Virus record (IMG/VR): IMGVR_UViG_3300036770_007547
Coordinates: 62,001-126,000 of that record
DNA length: 64,000 nt
Reading direction: 5' to 3' (one strand)
The notes beneath the pieces were generated by a model, which was not told the DNA's origin, ran no database searches, and saw only the letters and a program-made list of their open reading frames with translations. This document shows positions 54,800 to 64,000 of this stretch, in pieces. The translations under genes and the position numbers were made by a program. The stretch's first letter is position 1, and every line of letters begins with the position of its first letter.

Positions 54800-55606
54800 T
54801 CAGCTGGCATCAGTGGTGTACGTTATAGCTACAGATCCCCCGCTGGGTACCGAAATATTGTAAGTAGTGCTGGGCAACACCGATGAATTGGTGTAAGATG
54901 TGGGTGTTGCTGGATATCCAGTACCGGCCTCGTAGGCTCCGCCCGGGAACGAGTAAGACGCAAAAGCCGTGGCCGAAGTGCCCGCAGTCCCGGCGAAATA
55001 TTGGGTGGCAAACACCGCTGAACCGTAACGACGACTCTGTCTCGCACCAGTGTCGGGGTTGAATCCATACTCGCTGATGCTGATGGGTATGTCATCGTTG
55101 GGCAATGGGGCTATCGAGTTAAAGGTTCCGCCTTGGGCGATGTAAGCAGTTCCGCCCACGACTTGATAGGTAGGCTGCCCCCCATAAGGACCGGCCACTG
55201 TGGCTCGTTGTGTCCATCCTCGACCATCATTGTCTGTGACTGGACCGTACACTGATCCATAATAGTTGGTGGTCTCCACTGTGTTCACTCCGCTCAGTCC
55301 GTTGATTTCGTTGCGCTTTTGTTCAAGCAAGTCATAGAATTGCTGCATGGTGGCCACACCTGGGTCGTACTGGAGCACGATGTCAGCTATGCTAAATCCT
55401 ATGCTGACCCACATCACATAATCGATTCCGGTGCTGTCACTGACTCCGTTTGACCCTTGCCCGGTCATGGAATTGATGGAAAAAATGCCCCAAGGCACAG
55501 TGAAAGTACCACTGGATGTGTAGGTCACTGTGGTGGTAGTGAGTCGACGGGCTCGGAATCCCAGAGCCCGAGCACTGGCCGATCCCAGACTGTTGATCAT
55601 GGGCAT
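54800..55606 (-). CDS. Fibre tip / adhesin-like protein
   Basis: MPMINSLGSASARALG start; TYTSSGTFTVP; TAATG overlap with the upstream fibre gene. Confidence 0.6.
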   Translation of the reverse strand: MPMINSLGSASARALGFRARRLTTTTVTYTSSGTFTVPWGIFSINSMTGQGSNGVSDSTGIDYVMWVSIGFSIADIVLQYDPGVATMQQFYDLLEQKRNEINGLSGVNTVETTNYYGSVYGPVTDNDGRGWTQRATVAGPYGGQPTYQVVGGTAYIAQGGTFNSIAPLPNDDIPISISEYGFNPDTGARQSRRYGSAVFATQYFAGTAGTSATAFASYSFPGGAYEAGTGYPATPTSYTNSSVLPSTTYNISVPSGGSVAITYTTDAS

Positions 55607-57090
55607 TATGCGAATCTCGTTTGCGAAGCAAACACGGTGAAAGTGGCTGATCCAGTCTTGAATATCGAAAGCGTGTACATGTCAATACCGTTGGCATTTC
55701 CGCCCGTGGGCGCTACACCACCTTGCCACTTGGGTGTAACGCTGACACCATCGATGGTGGTAGCAGACTGATAATAAGCCGTGGAACCTTGCGTGGCCAA
55801 AAAAGCCAGTGTCAATGTTTGTCCAGTCTCCATGACCGAGTCCAGAGTGGTCGAAGAATTTCCACGCACATTCAATGTCCAGTTTGCTGATGCGTTGGTG
55901 GTATAATACACCACCGACTGTGTGAGAGCATCATAGTCAATGGTTCCTGTGGCTGCTGTGGCCGACACTGCGCAATCTTCCAACACGATACGAGTGTTCA
56001 CAGGTCCAGAAAACACCGCCGCAGCGCCGTTGAGTGTGCCCGACACGTTGGCACCACCAGTCACTGCCAGCGTGGTACCGTTCCAGGTGAGATTGGCGCT
56101 GCCTGCAAATGCGCCCGAATTGTTGTACTGTATCTGCGTGTCGCTGCCGCCGGCCGAGGTTGACACGCCGGTGAGTTGGCTTCCGTTGCCCAGAAAATAA
56201 TTGGCTGTGACGTTGCCGGTGGCTGCGATCGTGCCTGTGGCAGAGATGTTGCCAGCAGTGACGTTTGCAGTCACCGATGCGTTGCCGCTTGACACAGTTC
56301 CGGTCACAGTGAGCGATGCTGCCGACACTGCAGATGTTATACTGGCATTGCCCGCATTTAGATTTCCCGAAAACGTAGCCGATGCTCCGGTTATGCTACC
56401 GGTGTTGCCAATACTGGCCACATCATTGACATTGATGGTGGTGGCGGTGAACCAAGTGTTGGGGGCTGCGCGATATAGCAGGGCAGCATATTCTGCGCCC
56501 ACTGGTCCCACTTCGAGTCCGCCATTGTTGGCTTCGCTGGCTGTGGCAGCATTGTTGGCCACGTTGATGGTGATGTCATTGATGGTAGAAGTCTGGCTAT
56601 CTACGGTGGTAGTGGTACCGTTGACTTGCAGATTTCCAGTAATGATCACAGTACCGTTGCCGCTGGCCAAAGGTATGATATCGATGTTTCCGTTGGTGCT
56701 GACTATAGAATCCGAGCTCACTGTGATGTTGGCTGATCTGAGATTTCCGCCAGTGATGTTGCTGGTGGTCACGATCTCGCCCGAGGTAGTGATGTTTCCA
56801 CCCGTGACATTGCCGGTGGCCACGACCTGGGCTGCGGTCTCTACGTTGCCTGTGGCAATGAGTTTGCCTGATGCTGTGACGTTGCCACTCGTGAGGTTTC
56901 CCGATACCACGGATGTAGTGGCAGCTAGATTGGTAAAAGTTCCGTTGGATGCAGTAGTGTTCCCGATAACGATGTTGTTGATGGCACCGGTTCGTTGCAA
57001 CTGCCAGCCGCCACCATTCCATACCCAGGTTTTATCACCAAAGGTATAGGTCTCATCTAGTACAGGGTTGGCTGGAAATTGTAATGGCAT
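55606..57090 (-). CDS. Fibre-like protein with the shared 'MPL.FP..P' N-terminal module
   Basis: Start MPLQFPANP (57090, GGAG SD, TAAGTA at 57108-57113); GGSDTQIQYN; C-terminal KWQGG.AP..G.ANGID.YT. Confidence 0.7.
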   Translation of the reverse strand: MPLQFPANPVLDETYTFGDKTWVWNGGGWQLQRTGAINNIVIGNTTASNGTFTNLAATTSVVSGNLTSGNVTASGKLIATGNVETAAQVVATGNVTGGNITTSGEIVTTSNITGGNLRSANITVSSDSIVSTNGNIDIIPLASGNGTVIITGNLQVNGTTTTVDSQTSTINDITINVANNAATASEANNGGLEVGPVGAEYAALLYRAAPNTWFTATTINVNDVASIGNTGSITGASATFSGNLNAGNASITSAVSAASLTVTGTVSSGNASVTANVTAGNISATGTIAATGNVTANYFLGNGSQLTGVSTSAGGSDTQIQYNNSGAFAGSANLTWNGTTLAVTGGANVSGTLNGAAAVFSGPVNTRIVLEDCAVSATAATGTIDYDALTQSVVYYTTNASANWTLNVRGNSSTTLDSVMETGQTLTLAFLATQGSTAYYQSATTIDGVSVTPKWQGGVAPTGGNANGIDMYTLSIFKTGSATFTVFASQTRFA

Positions 57091-57113
57091 TTTTGGCTCC
57101 GATCCTGTACTTA

Positions 57114-57596
57114 TCAGTTGTTCCAACCATAACGATCTGGGGCTTGCTGCCCGGTATCATCGGCCATGCACCCTGAACAGCAGAATTTTGGGTACAGAAC
57201 CGGGTTATCCCGGAGATCAACAAGTTTGTCCAAGAATTCTTGCCGTTGTTCTGGAGTAAGATCGCGTGCTTCGTGTATGGTATCGATGTTGTTGATGTAA
57301 AATGTGGCTGCTCTCACACATTCGTCTAGCATGGCTTGGCGCTGGATTTCAGCTTCTTGTTGTGTCATGAATCTCGTGTCCCAAACATCGTACACACGAC
57401 CGTTGTTGAGTTCGTAATGAAATCCGGTTATCACTAACCAGTCATCGATCACGGGCTTGTCACTGCGGTCAAACGGCACATAATCATGCGGATTGTTGTT
57501 GGCATCAAAGTCGGGAAAGGCTGTCCGTAGATTGTCCTCCAGGACTGGGTGATCATAGATCACACCATCTTTGTATCGTATATACAGGTTCATCAC
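57114..57596 (-). CDS. Putative tail fibre assembly/accessory protein
   Basis: LYIR...IYDHPV..DNL..AFP; follows the glycine-rich adhesin gene. Confidence 0.55.
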   Translation of the reverse strand: MMNLYIRYKDGVIYDHPVLEDNLRTAFPDFDANNNPHDYVPFDRSDKPVIDDWLVITGFHYELNNGRVYDVWDTRFMTQQEAEIQRQAMLDECVRAATFYINNIDTIHEARDLTPEQRQEFLDKLVDLRDNPVLYPKFCCSGCMADDTGQQAPDRYGWNN

Positions 57597-58468
57597 ACGT
57601 TTCCAGTGTTGGTGCTAGGGAACGCACGCCCTTCGCCCCAAATTATACGCACTGCACCGCCAGATCCGCTGCCCCCGACGCCATCACCGCCAGATCCTCC
57701 ACCGCCACCGCCACCATAGGCTCCGCCGGGACCGCCCGGTCCTCCGGCTGGACCTGAACCATTGGTTCCATTGCCGCCACTGGATCCGCCTCCACCACCG
57801 CCACCACCTTGGAAGCTAGATCCAAATCCGCCGCCACCGTTGCTGCCTTGACCTAGTATACCTACACCACCACCGCCACCACCGCCACCTTCGGCATTTG
57901 TATCTGGTGGCCAACCACGGCCTGCACCACCACCACCACCGGCTCCGCCGCTGCCCGAAGATCCCGGATTACCATCTGACTCCACGACTCCACTGCCGCC
58001 ATTGCCGCCTGTTCCGCTGTAGCCGCCAGCACCACCAGCACCAGCACCACCGCCACCACCAGCTTGGCATGATCCACCGCTGCCGCCATTTCCCCCACCA
58101 TCACCGGTGTAAGAGCCGCCACCTCCACCGCCTCCACCGTTGTTGCCGCCGTTGCTACCACCGCCACCTCGCACAGTACCAGTGTCAATGAAATAACTGG
58201 CGCCGCCTGCTCCACCAACCACCACCGTGTAACTGGTTCCGGGCGAGACCGAAATATTGTTTTTGTAACCTAAACCACCACCGCCACCGCCTCCGGCGCA
58301 GTTTGTTCCGCCCGATCCCCCACCACCTACTGCTACCACTGACACGGAAAAAACACCGGCTGGACACAGCCAGCTGTAAGTGCCGGCCGAAGTGTAGGCT
58401 TGTTGTCCGGGTGGTGCTATGTATCGACCTTTGCCAAACCCACTGGCCATCAAGGTGTAGATAGTCAC
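57593..58468 (-). CDS. Glycine-rich adhesin-like protein (T-even gp38-like polyglycine architecture)
   Basis: YTSAGTYSWLCPAGV.SVSVVAVGGGG, long GG runs, GSGGAVRIIWG..RAFP. Confidence 0.7.
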   Translation of the reverse strand: MTIYTLMASGFGKGRYIAPPGQQAYTSAGTYSWLCPAGVFSVSVVAVGGGGSGGTNCAGGGGGGGLGYKNNISVSPGTSYTVVVGGAGGASYFIDTGTVRGGGGSNGGNNGGGGGGGGSYTGDGGGNGGSGGSCQAGGGGGAGAGGAGGYSGTGGNGGSGVVESDGNPGSSGSGGAGGGGGAGRGWPPDTNAEGGGGGGGGVGILGQGSNGGGGFGSSFQGGGGGGGGSSGGNGTNGSGPAGGPGGPGGAYGGGGGGGSGGDGVGGSGSGGAVRIIWGEGRAFPSTNTGNV

Positions 58469-58953
58469 TAACTGACTCCTCCTCCACCCACTACAAAAGT
58501 ATTGGCACCCACACAGAATATAGTGGCGATACCGCGTTGTGCTAGAGTGCGATTGCCGGTGTCGGATGTACCAATGTTGTACATGGTCACGCCGGTGTCT
58601 TGAACCAAAGTGATATTGCCCGTGCTGTTGTTGTAAACTGCCACCGATTGACCCGAAGTGAACACGCTGTTAGGCACAGTGACGCTGGAGTTGCTGCTGA
58701 TGTATTTTCCAGCGTCGCTGTCTATCAATGTGTAACTTGCGGTCTTGGCATTTTCAGGCACAGTGCGCAGTTCTCCCAAAGAATCAGACACCGTAGTAAA
58801 TGTACCTGTGCTAGGAGTCACATTGCCAATGGGGATACCATTGATGGCCCCAGTGCTTTGTAGTTCCCAGGCAGATCCATTCCATACCCATGTTTTATTG
58901 TTAAAACTGTAGGTATCGTTGAGATTAGGGCTGGCGGGAAAATCTAAAGGCAT
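58468..58953 (-). CDS. Short fibre adaptor protein
   Basis: MPLDFPASP N-module; C-terminal domain (..GNRTLAQ.G.AT.FC..ANTFV..GGG.S) shared with the 62209 gene. Confidence 0.65.
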   Translation of the reverse strand: MPLDFPASPNLNDTYSFNNKTWVWNGSAWELQSTGAINGIPIGNVTPSTGTFTTVSDSLGELRTVPENAKTASYTLIDSDAGKYISSNSSVTVPNSVFTSGQSVAVYNNSTGNITLVQDTGVTMYNIGTSDTGNRTLAQRGIATIFCVGANTFVVGGGGVS

Positions 58954-58967
58954 ATCATTTGTTCCAG

Positions 58968-59285
58968 TTATTGATAAGGATATCTATCTCGTATGGCTTG
59001 CACCGCGTCCAACCATTCTTGTTGGGTGGCTTCACCGCGTTGTACTTTGAAAAAGAGTGGGTCAGCCTCGACTTCGAATGCTCGCTGGCGATTTGATCGA
59101 GCTTGTCGGTTGGGTTCCTCGGCGGTGAGTCTCGTCAATTCGGCCTCGGCCTCGGCCTGAGTAGGTTGCACTCCTTGATGGTCGGGCTGCCAGACAATGG
59201 TGGCATAATCATTGTCTTCCATGGTGAATCGAGCAAGCGGATTCAACGAAAGTATGGCACGACCGAGATTTATTCTCCTCGTCAT
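58968..59285 (-). CDS. Tail fibre assembly chaperone-like (XkdW-like) protein
   Basis: AILSLNP.A.F..., PT..E.EAE, R..AF..EADPLFFK.QRGE, I..RYPY; ATGA overlap. Confidence 0.65.
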   Translation of the reverse strand: MTRRINLGRAILSLNPLARFTMEDNDYATIVWQPDHQGVQPTQAEAEAELTRLTAEEPNRQARSNRQRAFEVEADPLFFKVQRGEATQQEWLDAVQAIRDRYPYQ

Positions 59286-61198
59286 GGTGCTATTTCCTCC
59301 AGCATTATATATGTCCATCCCTGGTAAGGCAGTTCAAGAAGCGTGCCAGAGAGACCTACTGCCGCCTGGAAGTTAAAACTGCGAGTTCCGCTGCCAGCAG
59401 AGGAAAAACCTACCATGGTTATGGGAACCAGCAATACTTCGGTGTTGGTAGCGTCATTGGTACTGAGTATTATATAATAAACCTCACCAAGATTTGTGCT
59501 GCCTTCGCGTAGCTGGAAATAGCCCGAAGGAAAACTCTGGGCATTGCCATCAATGTATACACAGGTAGTCACTGTCATCTTGACTATGCTGGTGCTACGC
59601 TCGGCCGGGATAGTGATCTGTGGTGTGGCGTTGAAGCCTGTGACTTCGGTGAGGCTGGTAGATGTGGTGCTGAAGGAACTTGACTTGTAAAAATACTTGC
59701 TCTGAACTACGCCGCTGGTACTACCACCAGATGCAGCTTGGCTGATCCAGGCCGATCCATTTGATGTCAGCACATTGCCACTGGTTCCCGGTGCTAGTTG
59801 GCGCACAGCGCTGGTACTATTGCCTAGCAGCACATAGTTGCTGGTAAGGCTGGCGGCACCGGTACCACCTTGGCTCACTGATACAGTGCCAACCACGTTG
59901 GCCACGGCAATGTTGCCCAAGAAATTCAAACCTGACACATTGGCGCTGGCTATGAGATTGCCGCCTGACACATTGCCTGTAGCAGCTACAACTCCAGCAG
60001 TTACTAGATTGCCACCAGTGATGTTGCCAGTGGCCACCACTTGTGCACCGGTTTCAATATTGCCACCCGACACATTGCCTGTAGCAGCTACAACTCCAGC
60101 AGTTACTAGATTGCCACCAGTGATGTTGCCAGTGGCCGATACTAAGCCTGCAGTATTGAGATTAGCGCCTGACACGTTTCCAGTGAAACTGGGTGCATCT
60201 GACACAGCAAATGTAGCCGTGTCACTGGCAGCATTGCCAGTGATAGTGAGATTGTTGCCCGCGGTCAACGTCAGTGTTTCGGTACTGCTGGTAGCAATTA
60301 AACTGGTGCCATTGGCATCAATGGTGCTAAATGAATTGGCTGCGCCGCCGCCTCCAGTACTAGTAAAACTCTGCGACGCCTCCATTTCGGCCCATTGGCT
60401 GCTGTTTCCATCATTGAAATAAATGAACTGTTTGCCAGTGTCAGTGTCAATCCACACATCTCCTTGGCTGGGAGAGCTTGGGGCCGATCCAGAGACCGTG
60501 GTCTTGGCACCAGCCAACTGGCTGCCGTTGCCCAAGAAATAGCTGGCAGTGATGTTTCCGGTCACGTCCAAAGGACTGTCACTGACCCACTTGTCGCCAG
60601 TGCTGGCATAAGTCAAAGCAGCATATTCGCTGCCCACAGGACCCACTTTGATACCACCGCCGTTGGCTTCTGATGCTGTGCTGGCGTTGTTGGCCACGTT
60701 GATGGCTAGATCATTGATGGTGACTGTGGTACTATCCACTGTGGTAGTAGTGCCCGTGACCTGCAGATTGCCAGCAATCACCACTGTGCCACCAGCACCG
60801 GTAGTACTGGGATCAATGGTCAATGTGGTGTTGGCACTGACGATGGTGTCAGACCCAACTGTGATATTGCCTATCGTGAGATTTCCGCCGGCAAGATTAC
60901 CAGTATAAGTCGGTAGATAGGCTCCAACATTGGCATTACCATAGCTTTCGGGCAAACCAGTGAGCTGGCTACCATTGCCGATAAAGTAGTTGCCAGTGAC
61001 GTTACCGGTCGCACTGACATTTCCAGTGGCAGTTATTGTGGTAAAAGCCCCGGTGTTGGGGGTGACGTTACCAATAGGGATGTTGTTGATAGACCCTGCT
61101 GAATTCAGGCGCCAAGCTGACCCATTGTAGATCCAGGTCTTACCACCAAACGAGTAAGTGTCATTCAACGAAGGATTGGCAGGAAAATCTAAAGGCAT
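59282..61198 (-). CDS. Tail fibre-like protein
   Basis: MPLDFPANP N-module; 17-aa ATGN.GGN repeats; GGTGA, APGTSGNVLTSNG. Confidence 0.72.
   Translation of the reverse strand: MPLDFPANPSLNDTYSFGGKTWIYNGSAWRLNSAGSINNIPIGNVTPNTGAFTTITATGNVSATGNVTGNYFIGNGSQLTGLPESYGNANVGAYLPTYTGNLAGGNLTIGNITVGSDTIVSANTTLTIDPSTTGAGGTVVIAGNLQVTGTTTTVDSTTVTINDLAINVANNASTASEANGGGIKVGPVGSEYAALTYASTGDKWVSDSPLDVTGNITASYFLGNGSQLAGAKTTVSGSAPSSPSQGDVWIDTDTGKQFIYFNDGNSSQWAEMEASQSFTSTGGGGAANSFSTIDANGTSLIATSSTETLTLTAGNNLTITGNAASDTATFAVSDAPSFTGNVSGANLNTAGLVSATGNITGGNLVTAGVVAATGNVSGGNIETGAQVVATGNITGGNLVTAGVVAATGNVSGGNLIASANVSGLNFLGNIAVANVVGTVSVSQGGTGAASLTSNYVLLGNSTSAVRQLAPGTSGNVLTSNGSAWISQAASGGSTSGVVQSKYFYKSSSFSTTSTSLTEVTGFNATPQITIPAERSTSIVKMTVTTCVYIDGNAQSFPSGYFQLREGSTNLGEVYYIILSTNDATNTEVLLVPITMVGFSSAGSGTRSFNFQAAVGLSGTLLELPYQGWTYIMLEEIAP
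59967..60137. repeat. Exact 69-bp direct repeat (59967-60035 and 60069-60137), period 102 bp
   Basis: gacacattgcctgtagcagc...gttgccagtggcc occurs twice. Confidence 0.85.
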
Positions 61199-61223
61199 GT
61201 CTGGTCTCGGTGTATTTGACTCG

Positions 61224-61231
61224 TATTTATA
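61224..61231 (-). promoter_or_regulatory. Canonical T4 late promoter TATAAATA
   Basis: tatttata on the plus strand, upstream of 61198. Confidence 0.8.
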
Positions 61232-61237
61232 GTGATT

Positions 61238-62209
61238 TTATGGGGCCCATCTATACACCTGGCCATCAGCGCCTATGAGATACACATAATTTTCACCGTC
61301 GCTGCGAGCATCGCGTATATTAGTGACACCTGAAATCAGTGTTGGTGCCGAGCCCGAAGTGTTCACGCTCCATACCCCGGTAGTCATAGGAACTATGATA
61401 GTACCGCCCGGGGATATACAAGGTTGTCCGGTGCGCAGAGTGCCCATTCCAGTGACATTGGCGTTAGAATAGCTAGTACCAGGATATGTGGCATAGAGAA
61501 CACCAAATGTAGCAGATCCTTCAGGTGCAGATACTATGGCATTGAATCCTGTGACCGGATTTGATGCCACATAGTTTTGATTTCCAGTGACAGAGATAGG
61601 ACCCACAGCACTGCCACCGACATTGGTGGCTATGTAAGCCGCTGCCGGCGATGAGCTGCTGCCAAGTCCCGCATGCAAGAACCGGTTGCTGCCGTTGTTG
61701 GTCACAGTCACAGTGGCCATACATCTTCCAAATGGCAGCCCAGCCGCGGAGGCCGAAACCCAGTTATTAGAGGTCACCATGTTTTGATCATACCCACCAC
61801 ACACTCCATAGGTTCCATCGGTGGTGGGTCTGAAGAAATTGTTTTGGCCGCCCGAAGTATTGAGGATACTGCTGAATGTCACGCCGCCGTTGGTGCTGCG
61901 GAACATGGAACCTCGATGCTGAGCAATCACGATCGAGCTAGAGATGGCCAGCAGTCCAAAACCGTATGCCGAGCCGGTTCCCACCATGCTGCCTCGCTGT
62001 GTCCAATTGGCTCCTAGATCAGCGCTGTAATATATGGTACCGGTGCCGCCGGGCTCGGCCGATTGTGCCATGGCAAACATGGCACCATCAGAGGTGATGT
62101 CTAGTTGCCAACCGCCAGCTGGTGAACTGTTCAATGATCCTACTAGAACAAAGCCGCTGACTATGCCTGTGCCTGGACTATATCCTGCCAAAAGATTATA
62201 GATGCTCAT
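61238..62209 (-). CDS. Beta-propeller-like (BNR/Asp-box) fibre tip protein
   Basis: YSADLGANW and RSTNGGVTF Asp-box motifs; start MSIYNLLAG in a TAATG overlap. Confidence 0.6.
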   Translation of the reverse strand: MSIYNLLAGYSPGTGIVSGFVLVGSLNSSPAGGWQLDITSDGAMFAMAQSAEPGGTGTIYYSADLGANWTQRGSMVGTGSAYGFGLLAISSSIVIAQHRGSMFRSTNGGVTFSSILNTSGGQNNFFRPTTDGTYGVCGGYDQNMVTSNNWVSASAAGLPFGRCMATVTVTNNGSNRFLHAGLGSSSSPAAAYIATNVGGSAVGPISVTGNQNYVASNPVTGFNAIVSAPEGSATFGVLYATYPGTSYSNANVTGMGTLRTGQPCISPGGTIIVPMTTGVWSVNTSGSAPTLISGVTNIRDARSDGENYVYLIGADGQVYRWAP

Positions 62210-64000
62210 TAACTGAGCCCGCCGCCCGTGATCACAAAAGTGTTGGCGTCGGTACAAAACACTGTGGCCAATCCGTTTTGTGCCAGTGTGCGATTTCCTG
62301 AGTTTGTGGTGCCCACTTGATACATGGTCACTCCTGCGTCTGAGATCAACAAAATGTTGCCTTCGCTGCGATTGAATATGGTCACGCTCTGTCCGGCCGA
62401 AAACACGCCATTGGGCACCGTGATGTTGGCATTGCTGTTGATGTAGAGACCTGCATCGTTCAAGGTCAAGGTATAATCTTCGTTTTTAGTGGCTGCAGGA
62501 ACTGTGCGCAAATCGCCTTTGCTGTCACTGACTGTGTTACCAGTGACTTGCGAGGCTGAAATGTTTCCTGCCGTGATGTTGCTAGTTGCAGCTATGGCAC
62601 CTGTTGTGTTGAAGTTGGCAGCGTCTATGTTTCCTGTAAACACACCAATGCCACTGCCAATGTTGCCAATGTTCGCATTACCGGTCACAGTCAGTATACC
62701 TGCAGTTGAAACATTGCCAGCAGAGATGTTTGCAGTGGCTTGTATCCCCAAGGTGGTGATCCAAGAGTTGCTGCTGTTGTCAAACAACCAGGTGGCATAT
62801 TCTGAGCCCACCGGGCCTACTTTGATTCCTCCGCCGTCGGCCTGGCTGGCGTTGGCTGCATTGTTGGCGAGATTGAAGTCTTTGTCATTGATGGTGACTG
62901 TGACTGAATCCACAGTGGTAGTGGTTCCGGTGACCTGCAGATTTCCGGCCACTATCACCAAACCGCTTGACCCTGCTGCGGCTGGATCAATTGTTATGGT
63001 GCCGTCGGCGCTGGTGATGCTGTCACTTGATATAGAGATATTTCCCACTGTGACTGTGTTGGCTTCAACCAAGTTGGCTGCCACATTGGTTGATGTGACA
63101 TTTCCGATCACCGAAGTAAAGTTTCCAAGGTTGGCGTTGACATTGACTGCGATAACAGTGTTTGAGTCAATGGTGGTGGCTTCAATCACTTCGGGCAGTG
63201 CTAGGTTGCCCGAACTGGCATCCAATGTGGTGTTTCCGATTTGTATCACATCGGGCAAAATTAGATTGCCGCCTGAAGCCGAGATGTTGGCCTCGCCCAA
63301 GAAAATTGTAGAATTTGATAGATAGAGATCTCGCCAGCGATTGGTGGCGTTTCCGAGGTCGTAAGTGATATCGCTGCTGGGTATCACATTGCCACTGATG
63401 TTGGCTAGATTGGGCGTTTCTGTGACACTGATACTGGTGGCAGCCTCCATCTCAGCCCATTGATTGGAATCTCCGTCGCTGAAATAGATGAATTGAACAC
63501 CTGTGGCAGTATCAATCCAAATGTCACCCTGACTGGGGCTGGCTGGGGCGGTGCCTGACACAGTGACATTGGCACCAAACTGTATGCCAGTGAGCTGGCT
63601 ACCATTACCAATAAAATAAGACGCGTCAACATTGGCTGTGGTAGTGATGTTGCCAGTGAGGCTGTTGAGATTTCCAGTATACGTGGGTAGATACGCGGCC
63701 ACGTTGGCATTGGAGTAGTTGCTCTCACCACCGCCACCTGCCGAGAATGCCTGGAACGCCTCCATTTCGGCCCATTGGCTCGTGACCCCATCATTGAAAT
63801 AGAGATATTGGATGGCAGTATCACTGTCAATCCATATGTCCCCGATCACAGCATTGGCTGGATATTCGCTCTGCACATAGACGTTGCCTACGTTGATTCC
63901 TGTGAGCTGGCTACCGTTGCCCAGGAAATAGTTGGCAGTGATGTTGCCGGTGGCTGATACCGCACCAAATTCACCGGTAGTGTTTCCTGCACTGTTTCCG
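62209..64000 (-). CDS. Tail fibre-like protein, 5' end outside the window
   Basis: Frame is open from the window end (...ATGNITANYFLGNGSQLTG...); two GDIWID...QWAEMEA modules; C-terminal adaptor domain. Confidence 0.75.
   Translation of the reverse strand, partial: GNSAGNTTGEFGAVSATGNITANYFLGNGSQLTGINVGNVYVQSEYPANAVIGDIWIDSDTAIQYLYFNDGVTSQWAEMEAFQAFSAGGGGESNYSNANVAAYLPTYTGNLNSLTGNITTTANVDASYFIGNGSQLTGIQFGANVTVSGTAPASPSQGDIWIDTATGVQFIYFSDGDSNQWAEMEAATSISVTETPNLANISGNVIPSSDITYDLGNATNRWRDLYLSNSTIFLGEANISASGGNLILPDVIQIGNTTLDASSGNLALPEVIEATTIDSNTVIAVNVNANLGNFTSVIGNVTSTNVAANLVEANTVTVGNISISSDSITSADGTITIDPAAAGSSGLVIVAGNLQVTGTTTTVDSVTVTINDKDFNLANNAANASQADGGGIKVGPVGSEYATWLFDNSSNSWITTLGIQATANISAGNVSTAGILTVTGNANIGNIGSGIGVFTGNIDAANFNTTGAIAATSNITAGNISASQVTGNTVSDSKGDLRTVPAATKNEDYTLTLNDAGLYINSNANITVPNGVFSAGQSVTIFNRSEGNILLISDAGVTMYQVGTTNSGNRTLAQNGLATVFCTDANTFVITGGGLS

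Noticed and set aside
54716-54800. tRNA or structured ncRNA in intergenic gaps (also 21569-21644 and 41948-42042)
   Set aside because: The gaps are short, show no cloverleaf or T-loop signature, and are explained by promoters and small hairpins.
57593-58468. CRISPR array or non-coding tandem repeat in the ccgcca-rich tract
   Set aside because: It is polyglycine coding sequence with no repeat-spacer structure.
1-64000. Stop-codon reassignment as seen in some large phages
   Set aside because: Genes tile tightly in the standard code, core proteins are full length, and TAA, TAG and TGA all serve as stops.

Overview
Dense, mostly minus-strand segment (standard genetic code) of a large T4-like myovirus genome. 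No tRNA, rRNA, CRISPR array or IS element was recognised. 1-8.9 kb: glycan-modification island with five paralogous KpsS/KpsC-like glycosyltransferase domains, GT-A enzymes, methyltransferases and a nucleotidyltransferase-cupin fusion. 8.9-12 kb: uvsY, a radical SAM gene and uvsX. 12-21.6 kb: two parallel 'transporter + adenylate-forming ligase + hexapeptide acyltransferase' cassettes flanking gene 32 (SSB), followed by two GT10-like genes. This is the best candidate for an undescribed system: uptake, activation and transfer of acyl/aryl groups onto phage-made glycans. 21.6-36 kb: large terminase, secreted nuclease, fibre-like genes and a block of probable internal head proteins with T4-like capsid-targeting N-termini. 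36-50 kb: head completion, tail tube and sheath, dNMP kinase, neck proteins gp13/14/15. 50-64 kb: modular array of fibre/adhesin gene pairs. The regulatory DNA is unusually readable: sigma70 early promoters, TAAATA late promoters, several apparently leaderless mRNAs, a 12-bp hairpin that hides the gp13 ribosome-binding site with the late promoter in its loop, and a candidate pseudoknot in the gene 32 leader. All functional calls come from motif recognition by eye; no database search was run.
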